Position numbers and translations under genes: made by a program. From NCBI GenBank assembly GCA_046483305.1, contig JAWODM010000025.1, positions 1-42,887 on the forward strand: a stretch of DNA of 42,887 nt, in the 5' to 3' direction. The stretch's first letter is position 1, and every line of letters begins with the position of its first letter. Below the pieces are notes generated by a model. It made no database searches. It saw only the letters and a list, made by a program, of their open reading frames with translations, and was not told where the DNA came from. Source of the stretch: Candidatus Krumholzibacteriales bacterium (GTDB lineage: Bacteria; Krumholzibacteriota; Krumholzibacteriia; Krumholzibacteriales; WJIX01). Below, in pieces: positions 18,774 to 29,609 of the stretch.

Positions 18774-20606
18774 ATGTGCGGAATTATCGGATATATCGGC
18801 AAGAGGAACTCGGTGGGTAAGATTCTGATTGAAGGGTTGAAACGCCTGGAATACAGGGGATACGACTCCGCCGGGCTGGCCATAATAAGGGATAACTCCG
18901 TACTTCTCGAAAAGACGGCGGGGAAGATAACCGAGCTGGAAGAAAAAGTAAAGGATCTCGATATATCCGGCAGCCTGGGGATAGCCCACACCAGGTGGGC
19001 CACTCACGGGAAACCAACAACTCTGAACGCACACCCGCACTCAGACTGCAAGGGCCAGATTATCCTTATACATAACGGCATAGTCGAGAACTACCAGATC
19101 CTGAAGAAGTCTCTGGAAGCGGACGGGCATGTATTCAAGACCGAAACGGATACCGAGGTCCTCGCTCACCTGATCGAAGAGTTCTACACCGGAGAAAGGC
19201 TGGAAGACGCAGTTCAGAAAGCGCTTAAAGTGGTTGAGGGAACTTACGGTATTATAGTAGTTTCCGCGTTAGAGCCAGGCAAGATGGTCGCTGCCAGAAA
19301 CGGCTCTCCCGTAGTGGTGGGAGTGGGTGAGAACGAGACATTCATAGCCAGCGACGTGGCGGCGATTCTCCAGCACACCCGCCAGGTGATATACCTTGAG
19401 GATCAGCAGATGGTAGTGGCGACCCCGGATCATTTCTCCACCATGACCATCAGAAATGAACGGGTGGAGCATATCGTCCAGGAGGTGGAATGGGACCTGG
19501 AGATGATTGAAAAGGGCGGATTTGAGCACTTCATGCTCAAGGAGATATTCGAACAACCGGAGACCATAAAGAACGCCATGAGAGGGCGGTTGATAGATGA
19601 ATACGGAATATCGAAACTGGGCGGACTGAATATGACAGAGGATCAGCTCAGGCAGATCGAGCGTATAGTGCTGATCGCCTGCGGAACCAGCTGGCACGCC
19701 GCTCTGCTGGGAGAGTACATGATTGAGGAAAAGGCCCGTATCCCGGTGGAGGTTGAATATGCCAGCGAATTCCGTTACCGCAACCCGATAATAGAGCCCA
19801 ATACCCTGGTAATGGCTATCAGCCAGTCCGGGGAGACAGTGGATACACTGGCCGCCATGAGAGAGGCGATGGAAAAGGGCGCCAGGTGCATGGGTATATG
19901 CAACGTGGTGGGAAGCACCATAGCCAGGGAATCTCAGGGTGGGGTTTATATTCATGCTGGCCCCGAGATCGGGGTGGCCTCCACCAAGGCGTTCACCTCT
20001 CAGATAACGGTGCTGAGCCTGCTGGCCCTGATGCTGGGCAGGATGAGGAATATATCCTCTTCCGAGGGTAAGGATATTATCGCGGCGCTCAGGAAGGTTC
20101 CGTCTCAGGTCGGGAAGATACTGGAGAAGAATGATGAAATCAGAAAGATATCGGAGAAGACCAGCTGCCACAATAACTTCCTGTATCTGGGCAGGGGAGC
20201 GAATTACCCGGTGGCGCTGGAGGGCGCATTGAAACTCAAGGAGATCTCATACGTTCATGCCGAAGGTTACCCCGCAGCCGAGATGAAGCACGGACCGATC
20301 GCCCTCATAGACAAGAATATGCCGGTGGTAATTATCTGCCCCAGGGACAGCGCCTATCAGAAGATACTGGGCAATATAAACGAAGTGAAGGCCAGGGACG
20401 GGATAATCATTGCGATTACCAGCGAGGATAACAATGAGATCATAGATATGGCCGATCATGTGATCTTCATACCCCAGACTCTGGACTTCCTCTATCCGAT
20501 ACTGGCCAGCATACCCCTTCAGCTGATGGCTTACCATATAGCGGTGCTCAGGGGATGCCATGTGGATCAGCCCAGGAATCTGGCCAAGAGTGTAACCGTG
20601 GAATAA
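18774..20606 (+). CDS. glmS: Glutamine-fructose-6-phosphate aminotransferase
   Basis: MCGIIG, HTRWATHG, SQSGET, VASTKAF, EMKHGP, PRNLAKSVTVE. Confidence 0.98.
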   Translation: MCGIIGYIGKRNSVGKILIEGLKRLEYRGYDSAGLAIIRDNSVLLEKTAGKITELEEKVKDLDISGSLGIAHTRWATHGKPTTLNAHPHSDCKGQIILIHNGIVENYQILKKSLEADGHVFKTETDTEVLAHLIEEFYTGERLEDAVQKALKVVEGTYGIIVVSALEPGKMVAARNGSPVVVGVGENETFIASDVAAILQHTRQVIYLEDQQMVVATPDHFSTMTIRNERVEHIVQEVEWDLEMIEKGGFEHFMLKEIFEQPETIKNAMRGRLIDEYGISKLGGLNMTEDQLRQIERIVLIACGTSWHAALLGEYMIEEKARIPVEVEYASEFRYRNPIIEPNTLVMAISQSGETVDTLAAMREAMEKGARCMGICNVVGSTIARESQGGVYIHAGPEIGVASTKAFTSQITVLSLLALMLGRMRNISSSEGKDIIAALRKVPSQVGKILEKNDEIRKISEKTSCHNNFLYLGRGANYPVALEGALKLKEISYVHAEGYPAAEMKHGPIALIDKNMPVVIICPRDSAYQKILGNINEVKARDGIIIAITSEDNNEIIDMADHVIFIPQTLDFLYPILASIPLQLMAYHIAVLRGCHVDQPRNLAKSVTVE

Positions 20607-20710
20607 GAGCTCTTCAGGGTAATCGCCTTTGTTTTCCTTTGTGTTGATTTTTTTATCTTATTGATTTAGGATGTTTGTGATTAATTTAGATTTCACAAGG
20701 AGGGCGGGAT

Positions 20711-21088
20711 TTGAAAGAGATTATACATACTGATAATGCCCCGGCGGCTGTAGGGCCTTACAGCCAGGCGGTCAGAGCCGGCGATTTTCTGTTTATATCG
20801 GGACAGATAGGGATTAACCCGGAAAACAAGAGTATGGCCGAAGGGCTGGAAGCCCAGGTGAAGCAGGTATTAACCAACCTGAAAGCCGTAGTTGAAGCTG
20901 CAGGTGGAACCATGAAGTCGATAATAAAGACCACGGTGATGCTTCAGTCCATGGATGATTTCAAGGCGATGAATGAGATCTATCAGCAGTTCTTTGTTTC
21001 GGATCCTCCAGCCAGGGCGGCATATGAAGTAGCCGCTTTGCCGCTGGGGGCTCTCTGCGAGATACAGGCAGTTGCATTCCTGGGTTAA
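20711..21088 (+). CDS. ridA: RidA/YjgF/UK114 family enamine deaminase
   Basis: APAAVGPYSQAV, SGQIG, PARAA..V..LP.GA..EI; TTG start with AGGAGG RBS. Confidence 0.92.
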   Translation: MKEIIHTDNAPAAVGPYSQAVRAGDFLFISGQIGINPENKSMAEGLEAQVKQVLTNLKAVVEAAGGTMKSIIKTTVMLQSMDDFKAMNEIYQQFFVSDPPARAAYEVAALPLGALCEIQAVAFLG

Positions 21089-21128
21089 ACAGATATTTTA
21101 TTAGTTGGAGAGAAACCGTGATCAAGGA

Positions 21129-21226
21129 GGGAATGGATGGGTTCTGGTGGACCCCGAGGACTTCAAATCCTTTTGCCGGGTGCTAAAACCATCCGGGGTG
21201 GGTTCGATTCCCACACGTTCCCGCCA
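21129..21226 (+). tRNA. selC: tRNA-Sec (UCA)
   Basis: Extended acceptor GGGAATGG/ACGTTCCC-G-CCA, 6-bp D stem GGGTTC/GGACCC with 4-nt loop, anticodon loop CTTCAAA, long variable arm CCGGGTG/CATCCGG, T arm GTGGG-TTCGATT-CCCAC. Confidence 0.95.
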
Positions 21227-21298
21227 TCTTAATCAGCTGGCCCGTGGAAATCTCAGCGCGCCGGCAGTCCTTTATATGCAATTTAAAATACTTAACTT

Positions 21299-21913
21299 AT
21301 GAAACAATACTTAAAAATTATCGCCTTTTTCCCGCCGGCTATGATTCTGGTTCTGACCACCGGGGCGGTAGCCGCTTCCATATCCTTCCCCTGTTCGGCG
21401 CTTTCGATGGAACAAATGGACAGCACGGTTGTAGATTCTACGGAAAGTTGGACTATACTCGAGCTGAAGGAAGTCCTGAACAGGGAGACCGGAGTTGTTC
21501 CTGAAGATGCCGGCTGGAAGAAGAAAAAGAACCCCAGAGTGGCAATGCTTTGCGCCCTGGTATTCCCGGGACTCGGGCAGATGTACAATGAGAAACCATA
21601 TAAAGCGGTTCTGGCGATGGGGCTGGAGACATTTTACCTGAGCCGGATACTGTTTAAATACAGAGCTGAAGTAAGGGAGAGGAAGCTCCGGGACAGCTAT
21701 GACAGGTACCTCGAAGGGGATGATATCAACCCCGACTGGTATTATCATGATATCTGGTACAATGAATACAAGGAACAGAAGATCGACTGGATATGGTGGT
21801 CGGCCGGTTTGCTGGTGGCCCTGATATTCGACGCCTATGTTGACGCCCATCTGCACGATATGAATTTCCAGCCGGGTGAAAACGGAGGGTTCGCTTTCGG
21901 CTTTGATTTTTAG
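21299..21913 (+). CDS. DUF5683-like membrane or exported protein
   Basis: K.P..A..CAL.FPGLGQ.YN.K..KA and ..DAYVDAHL motifs; N-terminal signal-like segment. Confidence 0.75.
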   Translation: MKQYLKIIAFFPPAMILVLTTGAVAASISFPCSALSMEQMDSTVVDSTESWTILELKEVLNRETGVVPEDAGWKKKKNPRVAMLCALVFPGLGQMYNEKPYKAVLAMGLETFYLSRILFKYRAEVRERKLRDSYDRYLEGDDINPDWYYHDIWYNEYKEQKIDWIWWSAGLLVALIFDAYVDAHLHDMNFQPGENGGFAFGFDF

Positions 21914-21963
21914 AGATATTTTTATTATAGTTCGGTTTTTCATGACCGGGAGGAGCATTGTAA

Positions 21964-22587
21964 ATGACCGCAAAGAAAAAGCCCAAAAAGCAGGTTAAAT
22001 CGAAATTAAGAGAATATATCGAGATTATCGTCACTGCGGTGGTGCTTGCTCTGATAGTAAGAACATTTATTATCCAGAGTTACCACATACCTTCCGAGTC
22101 AATGCAGGATACTCTGTTGAAAGGCGATTTCCTGTTCGCCAACAAGTTTATATATGGCGCCAAGGTTCCCTTCGTGGACTGGCAGCTCCCCGCTATCCGT
22201 GAACCGAAACAGGGCGATGTGGTCATATTCAAATACCCCTGCGACGGGGAGACAGATTATATAAAGAGATGTATCGCAGTGGAGGAGCAGGTGGTGGAAG
22301 TAAGAAACAAGACTGTTTATATCGACGGTGAAAAACTGGAAGAGGATTATACCAAATTCGAGGGGCCGGAGTGGAGGCGGAGGGATTTCGGGCCCTACAA
22401 GGTTCCCAAAGGATGCATATTCGTTATGGGGGATAACCGGGATAACAGCAAGGATTCCAGGTACTGGCCCTGCGGCGCCGCTCTTGATAAGAAGTACCTG
22501 AGGGGAAAAGCCCTGTTCCTGTATTTTTCCATAAACTACGAAACCCATTTCCCGAGATTCAGCAGGATTGGGGATGTAATAAGGTAA
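21964..22587 (+). CDS. lepB: Signal peptidase I
   Basis: IPSESM (catalytic Ser), DYIKRC (catalytic Lys), MGDNRDNSKDSR. Confidence 0.96.
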   Translation: MTAKKKPKKQVKSKLREYIEIIVTAVVLALIVRTFIIQSYHIPSESMQDTLLKGDFLFANKFIYGAKVPFVDWQLPAIREPKQGDVVIFKYPCDGETDYIKRCIAVEEQVVEVRNKTVYIDGEKLEEDYTKFEGPEWRRRDFGPYKVPKGCIFVMGDNRDNSKDSRYWPCGAALDKKYLRGKALFLYFSINYETHFPRFSRIGDVIR

Positions 22588-22719
22588 AGGCCATTTTAAA
22601 ATTGATCCGCATCCGGGAAACTGCCGTCGCTAATTCGACACTTTCCCCCGTTTAAACTTATAATTCGCGCGGTATTAAATTTGCAGAATCTGTTATGATG
22701 TTGTAAATTTTTATCGAAC

Positions 22720-22748
22720 TTGACATAAGAGACAGAACTGGATAAATT
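22720..22748 (+). promoter_or_regulatory. Sigma70-type promoter of the hrcA operon
   Basis: TTGACA, 17 nt, TAAATT. Confidence 0.65.
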
Positions 22749-22760
22749 TACGTTGTTTAA

Positions 22761-22787
22761 TTAGCAGTCTTAACCAGAGAGTGCCAA
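22761..22787. promoter_or_regulatory. CIRCE element (HrcA operator)
   Basis: TTAGCAGTC-N9-GAGTGCCAA versus consensus TTAGCACTC-N9-GAGTGCTAA; immediately before hrcA. Confidence 0.92.
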
Positions 22788-22789
22788 AG

Positions 22790-23812
22790 ATGAGCAGCAG
22801 GAACGAAAGGGAAAGAAGAAAAAACAGGATCCTGGAGTACGTTATCGATCTGTATATTAGAACAGGCGCCCCTGTCAGCTCCGGAAAGCTCAAACGGATA
22901 TTCGGATTGGACAGCAGTACCGCCGGTATCCGGATGATCCTGCATGAGCTGGAGGAAGAGGGATACCTGTGCAAACCCCATGTCTCGGCGGGAAGAGTTC
23001 CCACCGACAGGGGGTACCGGCTGTACGTGGATTCGATGGAGGTCAACGATTCCCTGGACCGTAAGACGCTGAAGAGAATAAACAGAAGGATAGGCAAGGA
23101 TATAAGCGACCTGCGCGACATCATGTTGAGCACTTCCCGCCTTCTCGGGGAACTTACTGACTACATGGGGCTGATGATGGGGATATTCCGGTCCTATGGG
23201 TTCGTGACCGGGCTGGAGATAATACAGGATCAGGGAAGAAAGGGGCTGGTAGTGCTGAAACTCTCCTCCGGAATAAACAGGAGCATCTATATGGAATTTC
23301 CCAAAAAGTACCGCCGTCATATCCTGGACAGGGCTAACCGCATAATAAATGAGAGGATTGTGGAATGCCATCTGGATGAAGCTGTCAGGCGGCTGGAGAA
23401 TTTTGTGAGAGAGAGCAGCGGCATCGAGCGGGAAATCACAGATTGCCTGATTACCGGGGCGGCGAACCTGTTCAACTGGCCTTTCGAGATGAAGTATTAT
23501 ATAAGCAGCGATACCTTTGACCGGAGCGTTCCGGAATTTAACAACCCCGACATATTGAGAAAACTGATTTCGGTGATGGGACAGCGGGAGCTCATGCTTG
23601 AACTGCTCCGCAAAAGAGTTGAGGAGGGCCTGTCTGTTACCATAGGAACAGAAAACCGGATTGCCGGCCTGAACGATTTTTCGATAGTTACCCATCCCCT
23701 GGGAGGAGATAGGTGCCGGGGGCTTCTGGGAGTTCTGGGACCAAAGCGAATGAGCTATAAACTTGTACTGCCGCTGCTGAACAGGATGGCGCAGGAACTG
23801 GAAAACAATTAA
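22790..23812 (+). CDS. hrcA: Heat-inducible transcription repressor
   Basis: YIRTGAPVSS, LEEEGYL.KPHVSAGRVPTDRGYRLYVD, GVLGPKRM.Y; precedes grpE-dnaK-dnaJ. Confidence 0.93.
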   Translation: MSSRNERERRKNRILEYVIDLYIRTGAPVSSGKLKRIFGLDSSTAGIRMILHELEEEGYLCKPHVSAGRVPTDRGYRLYVDSMEVNDSLDRKTLKRINRRIGKDISDLRDIMLSTSRLLGELTDYMGLMMGIFRSYGFVTGLEIIQDQGRKGLVVLKLSSGINRSIYMEFPKKYRRHILDRANRIINERIVECHLDEAVRRLENFVRESSGIEREITDCLITGAANLFNWPFEMKYYISSDTFDRSVPEFNNPDILRKLISVMGQRELMLELLRKRVEEGLSVTIGTENRIAGLNDFSIVTHPLGGDRCRGLLGVLGPKRMSYKLVLPLLNRMAQELENN

Positions 23813-23839
23813 CCGGCTTTAGATTGGAGGTCGCGTCAG

Positions 23840-24532
23840 GTGAAGAAAGAGGAAACCATGCCTGAAGAGAGTAGAGAAAGAGGAGAAAAAACCAGACATG
23901 ACGGGGAAGAAGGTGCCGGAAAGAAGAAGCGCGATGGGTCTGACCGGGAAAAGAGCAAACGGGCAGGCGGGAAGAAGGGCAAGAAGAAGGGCGGGAAGGG
24001 AGAGAGCGAAAAGGGCCTGTTGGATCTTCTGGAGCATAAGAATGAGATGCTTGAGAGTATGAGAGAAAAGATCGAACATCTGGAAAAACAGCTTGAAAAT
24101 AAAGAAGACAGAATCCTGAGGATGGTAGCGGAATTCGATAATTATAAAAAAAGAATCAGCAGGGAACAGGATTTGCGTAGGGATCAGATGTATGCCGATA
24201 TCCTGAGAGAGCTTCTGCCGGTTCTGGACGATTTTGACAGGGCTCTGGAGATGGATATCGAAAGGGAAAATGCCTTTTTCGAGGGTATAAGACTGGTTTA
24301 CCAGAGCTTCAGGGATATACTTAACAGGATGGGGCTCACCGAAATAGAGGCAGAGGGGGAGGATTTTGATCCCCGTTACCATGAAGCGATGGGCAGGGTG
24401 GAGAGCGATGAAGGGGAAGGCAGGATAGCTTACGTAATTTTAAAGGGTTATAAATACAATGATATGGTTGTCAGACCGGCCAGGGTTATGGTCTCGCAGG
24501 GCGCCGGCACGGATGAAGATAGCCCTGAATAA
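23840..24532 (+). CDS. grpE: Nucleotide exchange factor GrpE
   Basis: AEFDNYKKR, LLPVLDDFDRAL, FDPRYHEA, KGY....VRPARVMV. Confidence 0.95.
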   Translation: MKKEETMPEESRERGEKTRHDGEEGAGKKKRDGSDREKSKRAGGKKGKKKGGKGESEKGLLDLLEHKNEMLESMREKIEHLEKQLENKEDRILRMVAEFDNYKKRISREQDLRRDQMYADILRELLPVLDDFDRALEMDIERENAFFEGIRLVYQSFRDILNRMGLTEIEAEGEDFDPRYHEAMGRVESDEGEGRIAYVILKGYKYNDMVVRPARVMVSQGAGTDEDSPE

Positions 24533-24553
24533 TGATTTTGAAGAGGTATATTC

Positions 24554-26386
24554 ATGAGTAAGATTATTGGTATAGATCTCGGTACTACCAATTCCTGTAT
24601 GGCATGTATAGAGGGTGGGGAGCCCTCCATCATTCCTAATGAACAGGGTGAGCGGACTACTCCCTCAGTGGTTGCTCTGGCCAGGAATAATGAAAGGCTG
24701 GTGGGGCAGTTTGCGAAGAGGCAGGCGGTAACCAATCCCGATAATACCGTTCACAGTGTCAAACGTTTCATGGGCAGGAAATATCCGGATGCCGGGGAAG
24801 AAATAAAAGGGATGAATTTTGAGATAATCCGGGGCAGGAATGACGAAATTCTGATGGACCTGGGCGGAAGCAGAAACCGTCCGGAGGAGATCTCCGCCAT
24901 GATCCTGCGGAGTCTTAAGAGGGACGCCGAGGAATTCCTCTCGGATGAGGTGAAGGAAGCAGTAATTACCGTGCCGGCTTATTTCAATGATGCCCAGAGG
25001 CAGGCCACCAAGGATGCCGGAAGGATCGCCGGCCTTGATGTTCTGAGGATAATCAACGAACCGACCGCTGCAGCCATGTCCTCCGGATTCGATATGGACA
25101 GGACCGGGAAAGTCGCGGTTTACGACCTGGGCGGAGGAACTTTCGATATTTCGATACTGGAGCTTAGCGAGGGCGTCTATCAGGTCAAATCGACCAATGG
25201 CGATACCATGCTGGGCGGAGATGATTTCGACAGGCTTATCGCGCGCTGGATTCTTGACAGGTTCATGGAGTTGGAGGGCATCGACCTCTCCGGAGACAGG
25301 ATGGCGATGCAGCGCATAATGGAGGCGTCGGAAAAGGCCAAGTGTGAATTGAGCTCGGTTCACCAGACCAACATTAATCTTCCCTTTATCTATGCCGATA
25401 ATGACGGTCCCAGGCATCTTGAAGTTACCCTGGACAGGGCCGCTCTGGAAAAGCTGATCCTTCCCCTGATAAGAAAAACACTGGAGCCGTGCAGAAAAGC
25501 TCTGGAAGATGCCGGACTGGGAAGAGATGATGTAGACGAAGTGGTTCTGGTGGGAGGATCAACCAGAATCCCCGCGGTAAAGAGAGAGGTATCCGCTCTG
25601 TTCAACTGTGAGATTCGCCGGGGAATAAATCCGGACGAGGTAGTAGCGATGGGAGCAGCCGTTCAGGCCGGGATACTCAGCGGGGATATCGATGAGGTTA
25701 TTCTCCTGGATGTCACCCCGCTCAGCCTGGGGATAGAGACCCTGGGCGGAGTGATGACTACTCTGATAGAAAGAAATACCACAATTCCTTGCAGCAAGAA
25801 GCAGGTTTTCAGTACCGCCACTGACAATCAGCCGGCGGTAAGCATTCATGTACTCCAGGGGGAGCGGGAGCTTGCCGAAGACAATACGACGCTGACCAGA
25901 TTCGATCTGGTGGGGATTCCCCCCGCGGAGAGAGGGATTCCGCAGATCGAAGTAAGATTTGATATTGATGTCAACGGGATTGTGCATGTCTCAGCCCGTG
26001 ATCTGGGTACCGGGAAGGAACAGAAGATGGAGGTCAAAGTTGCCAGCGGCCTCACTGATGACCAGATCGACAGCATCGTGGAGGAAGCCCGGAAGTACGC
26101 CGGTGCGGATAAAGAGAAAAAAGAGAAGATAAAAGTTCGCAATGAAGCGCGAATTCTGATAAATTCAACGGAGAAAACACTTGCCGAGTTCGGCGGGGAT
26201 ATGGATCCGCAGAAGAGGTCCGAGATAGAATCAGCCCTGGAAGAACTGCTCAAGCTTGCGGATTCGGAAAATTTTGATGCGGAAGCCGCCAGGAGGGTGA
26301 CCGGGGACCTATCCAGAAAGGTATACAGAGCGACTGAGGAGATGTATCAGTCGGCCGCCGAGAAAGACGGCTCGGGCGATAAATAA
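24554..26386 (+). CDS. dnaK: Hsp70 chaperone DnaK
   Basis: [48 protein letters not shown]. Confidence 0.97.
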   Translation: MSKIIGIDLGTTNSCMACIEGGEPSIIPNEQGERTTPSVVALARNNERLVGQFAKRQAVTNPDNTVHSVKRFMGRKYPDAGEEIKGMNFEIIRGRNDEILMDLGGSRNRPEEISAMILRSLKRDAEEFLSDEVKEAVITVPAYFNDAQRQATKDAGRIAGLDVLRIINEPTAAAMSSGFDMDRTGKVAVYDLGGGTFDISILELSEGVYQVKSTNGDTMLGGDDFDRLIARWILDRFMELEGIDLSGDRMAMQRIMEASEKAKCELSSVHQTNINLPFIYADNDGPRHLEVTLDRAALEKLILPLIRKTLEPCRKALEDAGLGRDDVDEVVLVGGSTRIPAVKREVSALFNCEIRRGINPDEVVAMGAAVQAGILSGDIDEVILLDVTPLSLGIETLGGVMTTLIERNTTIPCSKKQVFSTATDNQPAVSIHVLQGERELAEDNTTLTRFDLVGIPPAERGIPQIEVRFDIDVNGIVHVSARDLGTGKEQKMEVKVASGLTDDQIDSIVEEARKYAGADKEKKEKIKVRNEARILINSTEKTLAEFGGDMDPQKRSEIESALEELLKLADSENFDAEAARRVTGDLSRKVYRATEEMYQSAAEKDGSGDK

Positions 26387-26425
26387 TTGTTGAGATAGAA
26401 ATTTTGAGGAGAGAAATTCGGGGGC

Positions 26426-27589
26426 ATGGCGAAAAGAGATTATTACGAAGTGCTGGGCGTAGATAAGAACGCCGACGCGGATCAGATAAAGAAAGCGTAC
26501 CGGAAGCTGGCGCTGAAATACCACCCGGACAAGAATCCCGGAGATAAGGAAGCCGAGGAAAAGTTCAAGGAAGCCACTGAAGCTTACGAAGTGCTCAAGG
26601 ACGACAAAAGCAGGGCTCAGTATGACCAGTTCGGGCATGCCGGGGTTGGCGGCGCCGGAGGCGGAGCCGGATTCGGCGGTTTCAGCGGCGGTTTCGACAT
26701 AAGTGACGCCCTGAGGGCCTTTATGAGGGATTTCGGCGGCGGCGGGTTCGGTGTGGGCGGCAGTTTCGGGGGATTCGATGATTTCTTCGGAGGCAGAAGT
26801 TCAAGGAGCAGGGGCAGGCGGGTGCGCAAGGGCAAGAACCTGCAGATTTCCATAGACCTCACTCTGGAAGAGGTGGCCAGAGGAGTAAAGAAGAAGATCA
26901 AGGTAAAGAAAATGGTTCCCTGCTCTGAATGCGGCGGTTCAGGAGCGGAGAAGGAGGGGGGACGGGAGACCTGCAGCCGCTGCGGGGGAACAGGTGAGAT
27001 AAGGCAGTCTTCCCGCTCATTATTCGGCCAGGTGGTGAATGTTTCGGTCTGCCCCGCCTGTCACGGCGAAGGTACCGTAATAAATAACCCGTGCGGCGCA
27101 TGCGGAGGCGAGGGCAGGGTCAGGGGAAGCAAGAGAGTTGAAGTAAAGATCCCGGCCGGGGTAACCACCGGAAATTATATTCAGCTGCGGGGGCAGGGGG
27201 ATGCGGGGCCCAGGGGCGGGCCCGCGGGAGATCTGCACATAATGATAAATGAACTTCCACATGATATATTTGAGAGGCATGGCTATGATGTGCTGTGCGA
27301 CCTGCCTGTTTCGTTCTCACAGCTTGCCGTCGGCGCCAGAGTGGAGGTGCCGACACTGTTTGGAAAGGCGGCCATAAAGATACCGGCGGGCACTCACTCT
27401 CATAAGATATTCAGGCTGAAAGGAAAGGGGCTGCCTCACCTGAATTACCAGGGTGCGGGGGACCAGCTGGTGAGGGTGGTGGCATGGACGCCCCAGAATT
27501 TGAGCAGCGAAGAGAAAGAAGCTTTCAGAAAGCTGGAAGAGAAGGTAGACTGCAGGCTTCCTGGCTGCGGAAAGAACGTTTATTCTTAA
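26426..27589 (+). CDS. dnaJ: Chaperone DnaJ
   Basis: J domain with HPD, G/F-rich linker, four CxxCxGxG repeats. Confidence 0.97.
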   Translation: MAKRDYYEVLGVDKNADADQIKKAYRKLALKYHPDKNPGDKEAEEKFKEATEAYEVLKDDKSRAQYDQFGHAGVGGAGGGAGFGGFSGGFDISDALRAFMRDFGGGGFGVGGSFGGFDDFFGGRSSRSRGRRVRKGKNLQISIDLTLEEVARGVKKKIKVKKMVPCSECGGSGAEKEGGRETCSRCGGTGEIRQSSRSLFGQVVNVSVCPACHGEGTVINNPCGACGGEGRVRGSKRVEVKIPAGVTTGNYIQLRGQGDAGPRGGPAGDLHIMINELPHDIFERHGYDVLCDLPVSFSQLAVGARVEVPTLFGKAAIKIPAGTHSHKIFRLKGKGLPHLNYQGAGDQLVRVVAWTPQNLSSEEKEAFRKLEEKVDCRLPGCGKNVYS

Positions 27590-27667
27590 AGTATCTGGAA
27601 TTTAAAACAGATCTCGAAGCCAATCAGGATATTTATTCATTGATATTTGGTTTCTGGCTGGTTACCA

Positions 27668-28387
27668 ATGGCTCACCGAAGATATTTTTATGTCAGAAAT
27701 GATAATATAACCGGGGAAACCGGCCATATCGATCCGGATGAGGCTCACCACCTGCTGTCGGTATGCAGAGCCCGTAAGGGAGATACGGTTGACCTGCTGG
27801 ACGGGGAAGGGGGTATCTACAGGGCCGTGATAACTGATTTCGCCGGCGGCACTGTTGAGTTCCGGCTGCTGGAATCGAGAATGGAGGAAAGACGGTTCAG
27901 GCCTGATATAGCGATTGCGGTTATCAAGGGTGGAAGGATGGATATCGCGGTTGAAAAGTGCGCTGAAATCGGGGTGGGAAGGATTATCCCTTACAGGTCA
28001 TCCCGGACCGTATGGCGGGGCGGGGGTGAGGATGCCCGCAGGAAGAGAGAGAGGCTCCACAGGAAGGTTGTGGCGGCCTGCAAGCAGTCGGGCCAGCCAT
28101 TCTTCCCGGAGGTGGAGGAGGTGGTGGATTTCTCTGAAATGCTGGAGATCGCTTCCTCATATCATGGTATTTATCTTGCCGACCGGGCAGGAAAGAAACT
28201 GGATGGGCCAGCCGCCGAGAGTTCTGTCGGGATAGTGGGGCCGGAGGGAGGATTATCCGCCGGTGAAAGGCAACAGGCGCTGGCCGCGGGGGCGGTTCCG
28301 GTATGCCTCGGCGACACCCGGCTCAGAACCGAAACAGCCGCCGCCTGTATGGTATTTTATCTGAGAATGATAGGAGAAGAGGGCTGA
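27668..28387 (+). CDS. rsmE: 16S rRNA m3U1498 methyltransferase
   Basis: HHL..V.R, EK..EIG, AACKQS, VGPEGG, LRTETA; ATG 27668 preferred over TTG 27647. Confidence 0.93.
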   Translation: MAHRRYFYVRNDNITGETGHIDPDEAHHLLSVCRARKGDTVDLLDGEGGIYRAVITDFAGGTVEFRLLESRMEERRFRPDIAIAVIKGGRMDIAVEKCAEIGVGRIIPYRSSRTVWRGGGEDARRKRERLHRKVVAACKQSGQPFFPEVEEVVDFSEMLEIASSYHGIYLADRAGKKLDGPAAESSVGIVGPEGGLSAGERQQALAAGAVPVCLGDTRLRTETAAACMVFYLRMIGEEG

Positions 28388-28427
28388 GTCGTTTATCTCG
28401 GCACGGGGGCCCGTACCCGGGGTTAAG

Positions 28428-28457
28428 TTGACAACTTCCGCATTATCCGATTATAAT
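28428..28457 (+). promoter_or_regulatory. Sigma70-type promoter for yqeY-cvpA-mutS2
   Basis: TTGACA, 18 nt, TATAAT. Confidence 0.7.
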
Positions 28458-28498
28458 AAACAGTTTGTAGATGATATCACAGATGAGAAAGGGGCGAA

Positions 28499-28954
28499 AT
28501 GAGCAAAGACACCATCACTGCGAAAATCGACCAGGACCTGGTCAAAGCGCTCAAGAGCAGAGACCGGCTCAGGGTAGATACGCTCAGGATGCTGAAGAGT
28601 GCTCTCAAGAATAAGCAGCTGGAAACCGGCGACGAGCTGGACCGGGATCAGGAGATAGCGGTCATATCCAGCTATGCTCGTAAATGCAAGGAATCCATTG
28701 ACGAATTCCGCAGGGGAGGCCGGGAGGACCTGCTCTCCAGGGCTGAAGATGAGCTGGAGGTGGTTATGGAATATATGCCTCAGCAGCTCGGTGAGGATGA
28801 GATCAGGGAGGAACTAAAAAAGGTACTCGCCGATACGGGAGCTTCCTCACCCCGTGATCTGGGTAAGGTAATGGGGATTATGATGGGTAAGTTCAAGGGA
28901 AGGGTTGACGGCGGAGAGGTAAGGCAGGTAGCGCTGGATCTTCTGGAAGAGTAA
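28499..28954 (+). CDS. GatB/YqeY domain protein
   Basis: LR.LKSALKN, ESI.EF..GGREDL, Y.P.QL, DLGKVMG, G.VDG. Confidence 0.93.
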   Translation: MSKDTITAKIDQDLVKALKSRDRLRVDTLRMLKSALKNKQLETGDELDRDQEIAVISSYARKCKESIDEFRRGGREDLLSRAEDELEVVMEYMPQQLGEDEIREELKKVLADTGASSPRDLGKVMGIMMGKFKGRVDGGEVRQVALDLLEE

Positions 28955-28963
28955 GGAGCCGCC

Positions 28964-29575
28964 ATGGTTACAGCGATCGATATAATAATATTAATCATTG
29001 TGGTCTATTTTCTGATCGGGGGTGTCCGGAGGGGGCTGGTAAGGCAGGTCCTGGAGGTGGTAGGTATAATTGCGGCTTTCGTGTGCGCTTTCTACCTGGC
29101 CCATAATCTGGCGGCGTACCTGGGACCCAGGCTGGATATCTCCCATAATATCCTCACCGTTATTTCCGCGGTCATCATCTTCGCCGGGGTGATTACAGGC
29201 TTCCACTTTCTGGGCCTGGCGATAAGGAAGTTCCTGAGTATTACTCTGCTGGGCTCTTTCGACAGGGTTATGGGTGGAATCTTCGGCGGGATAAAGGGGC
29301 TGCTGCTGTGCAGTCTGCTGCTGATAGTACTGATGGCCCTTCCCATTCCGCAGAATTTCAGGAACAAGTTACGAAACGACCCGGTGGTAACATACGTGAG
29401 GCCTCTGCTCCCGGTGCTGTTCAATAGCTTCTTATTCTCCACCGATTTGAAGTTTCATGATGTAATCGAATCCGGTGATAACCTGATGGAAAAGGCCAGA
29501 GAAAAATCCAGGGAGCTCAGGGACAGGAGCAGGGAAATAAAAGATAATATCGAGGATAAAACCGATAGGATCTGA
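28964..29575 (+). CDS. CvpA family membrane protein
   Basis: D........G..RG.V, DR..GG.FG..KG.L; hydrophobic helices. Confidence 0.9.
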   Translation: MVTAIDIIILIIVVYFLIGGVRRGLVRQVLEVVGIIAAFVCAFYLAHNLAAYLGPRLDISHNILTVISAVIIFAGVITGFHFLGLAIRKFLSITLLGSFDRVMGGIFGGIKGLLLCSLLLIVLMALPIPQNFRNKLRNDPVVTYVRPLLPVLFNSFLFSTDLKFHDVIESGDNLMEKAREKSRELRDRSREIKDNIEDKTDRI

Positions 29576-29609
29576 CCCCTGATTATCAACCAGAATCAGA
29601 AGGCTCTCT

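Noticed and set aside
21105..21302. 65-aa ORF after ridA
   Set aside because: It coincides with the tRNA-Sec gene.
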